Source: a virus (lineage: Duplodnaviria; Caudoviricetes). From it: a stretch of DNA of 64,000 nt. The stretch is taken from IMG/VR virus record IMGVR_UViG_3300021185_002017; one strand, written 5' to 3'. Of this stretch, positions 48,898 to 57,735 are shown one piece after another (the first letter of the stretch is position 1; each line of letters opens with the position of its first letter). The translations under genes were made by a program, and so were the position numbers. Under the pieces are notes generated by a model. It was given only the letters and a program-made list of their open reading frames with translations, was not told where the DNA came from and did no database searches.

Positions 48898-49705
48898 TTT
48901 AAAGTTAGGAATTGTTGGTGCAGGTTTTGTAGGAGGCAGTGTTATTGCTGGCTTTAACAAAAACACTGAACAGTTTGTTGTTGATACAAAACTTAACAAC
49001 AACACAATAGACGACTTAATCGAGTTTGCACCAAGCATTACATTTGTATGTGTTCCAACAGCACAACAAGAATCACATGACGATTGTGATGTAAGCATTG
49101 TTAGACAAGTACTAAGCGACTTATACGATAGGCAGTACAAAGGTATTGTAGTTATTAAAAGCACTATTACACCTAAGCACTTAACACAAATGAAGAAAGA
49201 CTTTGGGGTAAAGATTGTTTATAACCCAGAGTTCCTCACAGAAGCAAATGCTCATTCCGACTTTATTAATCCTAACATGCAAGTACTAGGTGGCAAGTGG
49301 AGAGACTGCGATGCAGTTGAAAAAGCATACAATAGACACAGTAGTGTTAAAGTTGTGCCTACATATAAAGTAGATTTAATTACAGCAAGTCTTATTAAGT
49401 ATACTATTAATAGTTGGTTAGCAACTAAAGTAACATTCTTTAATGAGATACATGAACTATTTGAGGCAAGTGGTGCTAAACCAGATTGGGAACAGTTTAC
49501 AGAAATGTTAGCAAGTGATCCACGCATAGGCAAAAGCCACATGCAAGTACCAGGCCCAGATGGACAAAAAGGTTTCGGAGGACATTGTTTCCCTAAGGAT
49601 ACTAACGCATTAAATTATTATGCAAAGTTATCAGGGGTAAAATTAGATGTCTTAAAGAAAGTTATATCAAAGAACAATGATATAAGAAGCGGAGATTCAG
49701 GTTAA
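48884..49705 (+). CDS. UDP-glucose/GDP-mannose dehydrogenase family protein (short form, no C-terminal domain)
   Basis: Rossmann IVGAGFVG, FVCVPT, VIKST, YNPEFL, KYTINSWLATK and catalytic GFGGHCFPKD motifs; 273 aa. Confidence 0.85.
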   Translation: MSQSNLKLGIVGAGFVGGSVIAGFNKNTEQFVVDTKLNNNTIDDLIEFAPSITFVCVPTAQQESHDDCDVSIVRQVLSDLYDRQYKGIVVIKSTITPKHLTQMKKDFGVKIVYNPEFLTEANAHSDFINPNMQVLGGKWRDCDAVEKAYNRHSSVKVVPTYKVDLITASLIKYTINSWLATKVTFFNEIHELFEASGAKPDWEQFTEMLASDPRIGKSHMQVPGPDGQKGFGGHCFPKDTNALNYYAKLSGVKLDVLKKVISKNNDIRSGDSG

Positions 49706-49734
49706 CCTGTCAATGCTAAGAGTAGTAATATAAC

Positions 49735-49761
49735 AAAAAGGGGCAATTAATGCCCCTTTTT
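49735..49761. terminator. Bidirectional rho-independent terminator
   Basis: AAAAAGGGGCA-attaa-TGCCCCTTTTT between convergent genes. Confidence 0.85.
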
Positions 49762-49774
49762 TGTATTAACTAAA

Positions 49775-49906
49775 TTAAGAAACCCTCGGTAATATATTTT
49801 CTATATTTCCAGATTTCATCATTGAGTCAAATTTTTTAAAGTAGTCAGATGCTATGTCACTTAATGGACGAGTTAATCTGGCTACTGCTCCTATTGGATT
49901 CGCCAT
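49775..49906 (-). CDS. Small peptide (43 aa)
   Basis: AAGGAG SD then MANPIGAVARLTRPLSDIASDYFKKFDSMMKSGNIENILPRVS*. Ends at the bidirectional terminator; CATAAATA lies upstream (50015-50022). Confidence 0.6.
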   Translation of the reverse strand: MANPIGAVARLTRPLSDIASDYFKKFDSMMKSGNIENILPRVS

Positions 49907-50243
49907 TTCAGTCTCCTTTTGTATGTAACCAGACCGTACACGTTGTAGTTCCTTTATCACTAATGTGAATTGCAACTATTAATCAACAGTTATGTTACAG
50001 TTGTGTTACAGAATTATTTATGATCATTAACAGGAATGTTAACTGAGTTGTGAATTCAGGGACAAAATTTTGTCCCTATAGGGGCAATAAAGGGTAAGAA
50101 ATCCCACACCTCTTCGACGCCAGCCGCTATATAATGCCTTACGACAGGTAGGTGTGGGAAATCTTACACCTTACTATGTAATAAGCAAATACCGTGCCCC
50201 TTTTACATTTTCTTCTTTTTTTATACATGAAAAAAACATCTCT

Positions 50244-50251
50244 GATAAATA
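50244..50251 (+). promoter_or_regulatory. Late promoter (GATAAATA)
   Basis: About 37 nt upstream of ATG 50288. Confidence 0.6.
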
Positions 50252-50287
50252 CAAGTAATACTATATAAAATATTTGCAAGGGCCAAC

Positions 50288-50998
50288 ATGAAATATCATA
50301 TTAAATCAGATTTAGAATTTATGACGCAGGATATGAAAGACTATCTCTGTGAACTCGCTACAAATAAAACAGACGAGTTGGAACTACAATACCGTCCATG
50401 GAGAGATATTTCTTATGCTGGAGAACATGATTCTGCAGACACACAAAAGAAGATCGAAGATATTGTAGGCGTTAAGATAGCAAGAGAATTTAAAAGAAGA
50501 AAAATTTTACTTGCAAAAATGTATGGATGGAAAGCAGAAGGCAATAAAGAAATGCAAATTGATGCATTTATGATTCCAGATGAGATTGCAAACGAGCTAA
50601 AAGAAAACGCTGGTAAGATGTTAGGCATTGAACCAGACACTATTGATCCTATACTACAAGTACAAACGCAAGGAAACTTGTTATACCCACATTGCGGACA
50701 CAGCAGAGAGTCAAGTATGTTCTGCTTACTAGCAGGAGACGATGCAGTAACTCGTTGGTATGAGGAAACAGAACCATTTCACATGTACGAAAACTGGAGA
50801 GTTCCAGATGCAAGTAAAATAGAACTTGCAGAAGAAGTACAATTTGAAATAGGCCCATGGTACACATTTAATCATCAGCAGTGGCATTCAGTTCACAGAC
50901 CAGATAAAAATGTTAAAAGGATTAATATCAACTTAAACTTTACTGCTACTTCATACGAAGAGCTCGAAGAAAAGTTAGCAAACTTACCAAAAGAGTAA
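50288..50998 (+). CDS. Putative 2OG-Fe(II) oxygenase / cupin-fold protein
   Basis: LYPHCGHSRESSMFCLL and WYTFNHQQWHSVH...RININL match the double-stranded beta-helix H...H...R layout. Confidence 0.55.
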   Translation: MKYHIKSDLEFMTQDMKDYLCELATNKTDELELQYRPWRDISYAGEHDSADTQKKIEDIVGVKIAREFKRRKILLAKMYGWKAEGNKEMQIDAFMIPDEIANELKENAGKMLGIEPDTIDPILQVQTQGNLLYPHCGHSRESSMFCLLAGDDAVTRWYEETEPFHMYENWRVPDASKIELAEEVQFEIGPWYTFNHQQWHSVHRPDKNVKRININLNFTATSYEELEEKLANLPKE

Positions 50999-51051
50999 AT
51001 AAGACTTAATCTTAATTCGCCAATACTACCTGTATAGGTATAATTCTCCTT

Positions 51052-51059
51052 GATAAATA
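51052..51059 (+). promoter_or_regulatory. Late promoter (GATAAATA) for ugd and the radical SAM cluster
   Basis: About 38 nt upstream of ATG 51097. Confidence 0.6.
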
Positions 51060-51096
51060 CTTGCGTACTTTAAAGTACACAACACAGGAGAATACA

Positions 51097-52419
51097 ATGG
51101 CCTCAATCGGATTTATTGGGGTAGGCAAGTTGGGACAAGCCTGCGCCGAGATGGTTGCCGAAGTACATGATGTTGTTGGGTATGATGTTAACCCTGTAGA
51201 GCCTGAAAACTTTACAATGGTTAATGAATTAGAGGATGCAGTAAGAGGACAAGATATTGTTTTTGTTGCTGTACCTACACCGCATGACCCGCAGTATGAT
51301 GGAAAAGCACCTACCAGCCATTTACCAAACAAGGACTTTGATTACACGATAGTTAAAGATATCCTCAGTAAAGTAAATGCGGTAGCAACCAACGAACAAT
51401 TAATAGTCCTTATCAGCACAGTACTACCAGGTACTGTTAGACGAGAATTCATCCCTCTATTACCAAATGCTAGATTTGTGTACAATCCATACTTAATTGC
51501 TATGGGCACAGTCAAGTGGGATATGGTTAATCCAGAGATGGTAATGATCGGTACCAGTGATGGTAGCGAAACAGGTGATGCAAAAGAACTCGTAGATTTC
51601 TATAAAACAATCATGCAAAACGAACCGCGTTATATTATTGGAACATGGGACGAATGCGAATGTATTAAAGTTTTCTACAACACATTTATATCAGCAAAAG
51701 TATCACTTGTAAACATGATACAGGATGTTGCAGAAAAGCAAGGTAACATAAACGCAGAAGTTGTATGTGATGCACTTGCTCAAAGTGACAGACGAATTAT
51801 GGGACCAGGTTATATGAAACCAGGCATGGGAGACGGTGGTGCTTGTCACCCTCGTGATAACATTGCCTTGCGTTGGATGGCCGAGGAACTTAACTTAGGC
51901 TACGACTTGTTTGATGCAGTAATGTTATCAAGAGAAGTACAAGCAGAAAATATGGCTAAAAGACTAATGGAACTAGCAGGTACTGAACATCCAAGTTTTG
52001 GACTAGTACCTGAACTACCAGTAGTTATTATAGGCAAAGCATACAAGCCACTAGTACCATACGAAGCAGGAAGTGCAAGTATGTTAGTAGGCCACTATGT
52101 TGAAAAAGCAGGACATAAATTGTACTACTATGATGAACAAACGGGTGATATACCTCCGCAAGAAGTATTAGATAATCCAGCAGTATATCTAATGGCACAT
52201 AACCCAGCAGTAACATATGGTGATCAATTAGACACAGTTCCTGGATGGTATGGTGAGCATAACGCAACTGATTGCGATGGTGCTTTAACTGTGGCAACAG
52301 GCAACGGTTCAGAATTGACCTTTGCTGAAAAAAGTGTTATACTAGATCCATGGCGTACCTTGCCAGAGATTGAAGGATGTACAGTAATACATTACGGTAA
52401 CACTCGTAACATTAAATAA
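51097..52419 (+). CDS. ugd: UDP-glucose 6-dehydrogenase family protein (full length)
   Basis: CAGGAG SD before MASIGFIGVGKLG; FVAVPTP, YNPYLIAMG, KVFYNTFIS, catalytic GDGGACHPRD, and a C-terminal domain (GKAYKP...DPW). Confidence 0.85.
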   Translation: MASIGFIGVGKLGQACAEMVAEVHDVVGYDVNPVEPENFTMVNELEDAVRGQDIVFVAVPTPHDPQYDGKAPTSHLPNKDFDYTIVKDILSKVNAVATNEQLIVLISTVLPGTVRREFIPLLPNARFVYNPYLIAMGTVKWDMVNPEMVMIGTSDGSETGDAKELVDFYKTIMQNEPRYIIGTWDECECIKVFYNTFISAKVSLVNMIQDVAEKQGNINAEVVCDALAQSDRRIMGPGYMKPGMGDGGACHPRDNIALRWMAEELNLGYDLFDAVMLSREVQAENMAKRLMELAGTEHPSFGLVPELPVVIIGKAYKPLVPYEAGSASMLVGHYVEKAGHKLYYYDEQTGDIPPQEVLDNPAVYLMAHNPAVTYGDQLDTVPGWYGEHNATDCDGALTVATGNGSELTFAEKSVILDPWRTLPEIEGCTVIHYGNTRNIK

Positions 52420-52423
52420 AAAC

Positions 52424-52445
52424 ATGTGGGTGGCAACACCCACAT
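52424..52445 (+). other. Intergenic perfect hairpin (terminator, attenuator or stabiliser)
   Basis: ATGTGGGTG-GCAA-CACCCACAT between the ugd stop and the SD of the first radical SAM gene; only a short T tract follows. Confidence 0.55.
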
Positions 52446-52458
52446 TTAAAGGATACGC

Positions 52459-53865
52459 ATGAGCGAAAGACTAGAAAGAATAAAAGCAATAGATTTGTTA
52501 ATGACAGAGGAAGTTAGTCCTACCTTTTGTCTTGCTAAGTGGCATCATACAACTATTTACATGCACAGGGGTCAAACACACAGTTGTTATCACCCTAAGC
52601 CGCATGATATTCCTTTACAAGATCTTAAGTACGATCCAAGTGTATTGCATAATACACCGCAGAAGATCGACGAGCGTATTCAAATGTTTAATGGCGAACA
52701 ACCAGAAGGTTGTACATATTGTTGGAATGTTGAGAACATGGGAGGCGATCATGTCAGTGATAGGCACCAAAGAAACGCCAGCATTTACAAAGAAGATCGT
52801 GTTGATGAGATTTTAAATCAACCACCCGACTTTAAAGTTAATCCAGAATACATTGAGATTGCATTTAGTAACGAATGTAACTTTAAGTGTGGATACTGTC
52901 ATCCAATGCACAGTAGTTTATACTTTAACGAAATTAAAAAACATGGACCATACGAAACAGTTAAGAATCATAGAAATGACATTGACTGGTTTACAGTATA
53001 TGGTGAAGAAGATAATCCATATATTGAAGCATGGCACAAATGGTGGCCTGAAGTAAGTAAGACATTAAACATCTTGCGTATTACTGGAGGCGAACCACTA
53101 CTACACAAAACTACATGGAAAACATTTGACGAATTGATTGAACATCCTCGTCCTCAAATCGAAATCAACATTAATACAAACATGGGATATACTCCAAGGC
53201 GTATGGAAAAACTAGTTGACTATGTTACTAAGATGAGAGATAACAATTCAATCAAAGCATTTAAAATGTTTAGTAGTATGGACACATGGGGCAAACGAGC
53301 AGAATACTTACGCACAGGACTAGACATAGAGACTTGGGAAAAGAACCAAGACATTTATTTGCGTGGAGTACAAAGTCACATAACACACATGGTAACATTT
53401 AATATCCTTAGTGTTACTTCATTCCAATCTTTCTTAGAAAAGATTTTAGAGTGGAGAGCAAAATACGAGGATATTATTCCTAACAACTTAGGTACATCTG
53501 AAGATGTGCGTAAGATTAGATTTGATACACCGTATCTAAAAGAACCAATTCAGTATGATATGCACATACTTCCTAAGGAAGAATTCTTGCCATACTTTGA
53601 TAAGATCCTCGACTTTATTAGAGAGAATGTAGTTGAGGACGATAGAACTAAGTTTAGTGAATTAGAGTATGAGCGTTTTCGTAGAGTAAGAGATTACTTC
53701 GAAAGTACACAGTATGATGATGAAAAAATCAGAGAAGGTCGTATTGATTTTTACAATTGGTTTACTGAATATGATAAAAGACGAAAAGTTAAATTTTTAG
53801 ATACATTCCCAGAAATGGAAGACTTCTGGAACTTATGTAAGAGCGAACATGAAAAAGCCAATTGA
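52459..53865 (+). CDS. Radical SAM protein with N-terminal twitch-like domain (1)
   Basis: FCLAKWH...SCYH...CTYC N-terminal Cys set; CNFKCGYC (CX3CX2C); ITGGEPL. Confidence 0.9.
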   Translation: MSERLERIKAIDLLMTEEVSPTFCLAKWHHTTIYMHRGQTHSCYHPKPHDIPLQDLKYDPSVLHNTPQKIDERIQMFNGEQPEGCTYCWNVENMGGDHVSDRHQRNASIYKEDRVDEILNQPPDFKVNPEYIEIAFSNECNFKCGYCHPMHSSLYFNEIKKHGPYETVKNHRNDIDWFTVYGEEDNPYIEAWHKWWPEVSKTLNILRITGGEPLLHKTTWKTFDELIEHPRPQIEININTNMGYTPRRMEKLVDYVTKMRDNNSIKAFKMFSSMDTWGKRAEYLRTGLDIETWEKNQDIYLRGVQSHITHMVTFNILSVTSFQSFLEKILEWRAKYEDIIPNNLGTSEDVRKIRFDTPYLKEPIQYDMHILPKEEFLPYFDKILDFIRENVVEDDRTKFSELEYERFRRVRDYFESTQYDDEKIREGRIDFYNWFTEYDKRRKVKFLDTFPEMEDFWNLCKSEHEKAN

Positions 53866-55159
53866 TTTATCTAACATAGATTTACAAGCAGTTAAAGAAA
53901 CTTCTTTATGTGCTTTACCTTGGTTACACATACATTTATCTCCGGATAATCATATACAACCATGCTGTATTACAAACCCTGAAAAGTCATTAGACATTAA
54001 AGGCAAACAAGAAGATGGCATCATGGATTGGATGAATAGTCCGGCTATGAGTCAAATTCGTTTACAGATGCTTAACGGTGAACAACCTGACGCATGTAAA
54101 ACATGCTACCACCAAGAACAAAGTACATTAGAAAGTTTTAGAAAAACATCATTGCGTGAGTATAGCGAATACTTGCCAAATGCATTAGACAACACTAACG
54201 AAGACGGCACATTAGAAGAATTTAAAATGCGTTATTTAGATATGCGTTTTAGTAATTTATGTAATATGAAATGTCGTACTTGTGGTAGTGGGTATAGTAG
54301 TCAGTGGGAAATTGAAGATGCAAAAGAAGGTATAAAATATAATGGACTTAAAAATCCAGTTGATCAACCTCGCATACAAAGAGACTTATATGAACAAATA
54401 CCTAACTTGCAACGAGCTTACTTTGCAGGTGGCGAACCACTTATAACAGAAGACCATTACGAACTACTAGAAGAAATGATTCGTCAAGGGCGAACAGACA
54501 TACTGCTTAGTTACAACACTAACCTCAGTAAATTAAAATTCAAAGACAAAGACTTAATGGACTTATGGGGCAGGTTTAAAAATAGAATACAAGTGTATGG
54601 TAGTTTAGATCACTTTGGTGATAAAGCAGAATACATTAGACACGGAACTAAGTGGAACGAAGTAATGAAAAATTATAGAACATTACTTAGATCTCCTATA
54701 ACTGAATTAAGTATAACAACTTCTGTAAGCATATTTAACTATGCATCGCTAACAGACTTTTTTGATTACTTAATTGACAATGATGTTGCTCCGTGGATTG
54801 CAGGTAATAGAGGTGCATGGCAACTTAATCCTATATACGGACCTGAAGAGTTTTCATTTCAAACAATGCCAACTGATTTAAAAGAAGAAGTTGCAAAGCA
54901 ACAACTAGAATATGCAGAAACTAAATTAAAAGCATTGTCAAATAATTCTTCTATTATGTATGCCCAAGTAGAACAACTTATGAATATGATAAAACAATTA
55001 CATGTTCTTGCTAAGTCTACAAGTAAGTGGGATCAGCACTCGGATAGATTTAAAAGCGAAGTAGCAAAAATTGATAGGCGTAGGGGCGAAATATTTACAG
55101 ATACATTTCCAGAACTTGCAAATTTAGTTAATCCATATTTAGAGAACTTGAAACGATGA
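53849..55159 (+). CDS. Radical SAM protein with N-terminal twitch-like domain (2)
   Basis: LCALPWLH...PCC...CKTC; CNMKCRTC; FAGGEPL. Confidence 0.9.
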   Translation: MKKPIDLSNIDLQAVKETSLCALPWLHIHLSPDNHIQPCCITNPEKSLDIKGKQEDGIMDWMNSPAMSQIRLQMLNGEQPDACKTCYHQEQSTLESFRKTSLREYSEYLPNALDNTNEDGTLEEFKMRYLDMRFSNLCNMKCRTCGSGYSSQWEIEDAKEGIKYNGLKNPVDQPRIQRDLYEQIPNLQRAYFAGGEPLITEDHYELLEEMIRQGRTDILLSYNTNLSKLKFKDKDLMDLWGRFKNRIQVYGSLDHFGDKAEYIRHGTKWNEVMKNYRTLLRSPITELSITTSVSIFNYASLTDFFDYLIDNDVAPWIAGNRGAWQLNPIYGPEEFSFQTMPTDLKEEVAKQQLEYAETKLKALSNNSSIMYAQVEQLMNMIKQLHVLAKSTSKWDQHSDRFKSEVAKIDRRRGEIFTDTFPELANLVNPYLENLKR

Positions 55160-56406
55160 GCAAGTCTGAGTATTTACAACTCAAAGACCTAGACAAGGAA
55201 TACTTGTTAAACGAGTCTAAGACCTTCTGTATGTACCCGTGGACGCATTTGAATGCAACACCCTTAGGTAACATATTTCCGTGCTGTAGCAACGACTACA
55301 CAATGCCTATAGCCAATACAGCAGATGTCTCACTCACAGAAGCATTTAATGGCGAGTTCATGAAGAACTTGCGTTTAGATATGCTAAAAGAAAAGCATCA
55401 CAAAATATGTGATTTTTGTTATGCACACGAAGAGGCTGGACCACACAGTTTCAGGAAGTACAGTATTGAACATTTCGGTAAGTACTTCGACGAAAGTTTA
55501 GCAATGACACACGAAGACGGACATGTAGATGAAATGAAGATGAGATACTTTGATATCCGCTTTAGTAACATTTGCAACTTTAAGTGTCGTAGTTGTGGTA
55601 GTGAATTTAGTAGCCAATGGGCACTAGAAGATAAAAAGTCTTGGAAGCCAGACGGTCCTGTTGTTATCCATGTTGATAATGAGAAAGGCGGAGTACTAGA
55701 AGAAATCATAGATCAAGTTGATTATATTGATATCGCTTACTTTGCTGGAGGAGAACCGTTGATTACTCCTGAGCATTATGTTATACTAGAGGAGTTAATT
55801 AGAAAAGGCAAAACAGACACAGTGTTGCGATATAACACAAATGCCAGTACAGTGTCGTACAAGGACAAAGACATCTTTGCACTGTGGAAGCACTTTGATA
55901 AGGTTGAAGTAAGCTGCAGTATAGATCACTTTGGACAACGAGCAGAATGTATGCGACATGGTACTGATTGGGGCAGAGTAGAAGCAAACCTTAAAAAATT
56001 CCGAAGCCTAGATTATATTAGTTTTCAAATGAATACTGTATTAAGTATAATGAATTATTATACCTTGTATGAGTTCTTTGAATATATGAGCGGTGTAGGA
56101 TTATTAGATTACGACAAAGACTTCTTTAATAGTTTGTACTTAGCGGCAAATCCAAAGCACTATTGTGCTCAGGCGTTGCCTAAGAGCATGAAACAAACAG
56201 CAGAAGCAAAACTGATGGGTATGTATCAAGGCGAAAGAGCAATAGACGGTTTAATTAAAAGCGGAGTGGGATTTGCTAATCAAAATGATACATGGGAAGA
56301 GGTCAAGAAAGACTTCTTTCATATGACTTATCGGTTAAATAAACTACGCGGAGAGGACTTCTTTGATGCCTTTCCAGAACTAAAACCATTACAGGATATG
56401 GAGTAA
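55156..56406 (+). CDS. Radical SAM protein with N-terminal twitch-like domain (3)
   Basis: FCMYPWTH...PCC...CDFC; CNFKCRSC; FAGGEPL. Confidence 0.9.
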   Translation: MSKSEYLQLKDLDKEYLLNESKTFCMYPWTHLNATPLGNIFPCCSNDYTMPIANTADVSLTEAFNGEFMKNLRLDMLKEKHHKICDFCYAHEEAGPHSFRKYSIEHFGKYFDESLAMTHEDGHVDEMKMRYFDIRFSNICNFKCRSCGSEFSSQWALEDKKSWKPDGPVVIHVDNEKGGVLEEIIDQVDYIDIAYFAGGEPLITPEHYVILEELIRKGKTDTVLRYNTNASTVSYKDKDIFALWKHFDKVEVSCSIDHFGQRAECMRHGTDWGRVEANLKKFRSLDYISFQMNTVLSIMNYYTLYEFFEYMSGVGLLDYDKDFFNSLYLAANPKHYCAQALPKSMKQTAEAKLMGMYQGERAIDGLIKSGVGFANQNDTWEEVKKDFFHMTYRLNKLRGEDFFDAFPELKPLQDME

Positions 56407-57735
56407 ATGTCAGATTATAACATTGCTGAAGAGCCTAATTTAATTAAGGCTGTAGAAGACAGTAAGCACTTTTGTGTCTTACCGTGGATTCACATGCATG
56501 CCTGGCCTGATGATAGAATCATGCCTTGCTGTATTGCTGATAGTGCAGAACCAGTAGCAGAATATAAAGCAGGTGACACTATTCTTGATGTAATGAACAG
56601 CGACGAATACAAAGAAATGCGTAAGAAAATGTTAGCAGATGAGCCAGACGCTCGTTGCCAACGATGCTATGACCTAGAGAAAGTAGGTACATGGAGTTTG
56701 CGTATTAGTCAAAACACACAACAGTTTACAAACAAAAAGCCTGAGAACACTAGAGAAAATATTACAATGCTACTTGATACTCAAGAAGATGGCGGCATTG
56801 AAGAATTTAAAATGAAGTACATGGATATACGATTTAGTAATCTTTGTAATTTTAAATGTCGTAGTTGTGGACCAGGTTGCTCTAACTTATGGGGCGAAGA
56901 AAAATTAAAACTAGTAGATGAAGGTGTATGGATTAACCGTAAAGGTAGAGATACATTACTAAGTGTTAACAGCGATGGTTCTTTCATGGAGGCACTAAAG
57001 CCACACTTAAATGATGTACAAGAAGTTTACTTTGCAGGTGGTGAGATTCTAGTTCACCCTGAACATTATGAATGTTTAGACTACTGGATTGAAAATGGTA
57101 TGGCTGATAAAGTTAGATTGAACTATACAACTAACATGAGTAAAATCAAATATCAGGATAAAGTCAAAGGCGAAAGAGATTTATTTGACTTGTGGAATCA
57201 TTTCCCAGACATTGAAATGTGGGCTAGTATTGATGCAGTTGGAGAAGCAGGTGATGTAATCCGTAAAGGATTCAAATGGAATCGTGTTAAAACAAATATG
57301 TTTGCTATTAGAGAAAGAGCACCACAAATTAGACTAGGGTTAACACCTACAATTAGTTTGTGGAACATATGGCATTACAGCGAAATGTTCGATTGGATGT
57401 TTGAGAACGGGTTTACATCAATAACTAACCCTCCAAGGCTAAATATGCTTACTGCACCGGATTGGGCAAACATCTCAATATTGCCTGAGAAGTTTAGACT
57501 TGATTTGATGCGTGAGTTTAGACTATACTACGAAAAGTTTCCTAAGCCAGAAGATAGTGAAATGAATGATACATTTAAAATGATCATGATGACATTGCGT
57601 AACGGTGAAGAAAACAGGGAAAAGTTAGAAGAGTTTTTTAGAGAAAATGATATAATGGACAAGATGCGTGGCGAAGAACTAGCAGAGATCTCGCCAAGAC
57701 TTTTAGAGGTAAGACAATGGATAGAACAAAATTAA
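56407..57735 (+). CDS. Radical SAM protein with N-terminal twitch-like domain (4)
   Basis: FCVLPWIH...PCC...CQRC; CNFKCRSC; FAGGEIL. Confidence 0.9.
   Translation: MSDYNIAEEPNLIKAVEDSKHFCVLPWIHMHAWPDDRIMPCCIADSAEPVAEYKAGDTILDVMNSDEYKEMRKKMLADEPDARCQRCYDLEKVGTWSLRISQNTQQFTNKKPENTRENITMLLDTQEDGGIEEFKMKYMDIRFSNLCNFKCRSCGPGCSNLWGEEKLKLVDEGVWINRKGRDTLLSVNSDGSFMEALKPHLNDVQEVYFAGGEILVHPEHYECLDYWIENGMADKVRLNYTTNMSKIKYQDKVKGERDLFDLWNHFPDIEMWASIDAVGEAGDVIRKGFKWNRVKTNMFAIRERAPQIRLGLTPTISLWNIWHYSEMFDWMFENGFTSITNPPRLNMLTAPDWANISILPEKFRLDLMREFRLYYEKFPKPEDSEMNDTFKMIMMTLRNGEENREKLEEFFRENDIMDKMRGEELAEISPRLLEVRQWIEQN

Noticed and set aside
50288-50998. TET/JBP-type DNA base hydroxylase identity for the oxygenase
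   Set aside because: Only a generic cupin H...H...R pattern is visible with no TET/JBP-specific HxD motif context, so DNA hypermodification remains only an alternative hypothesis.
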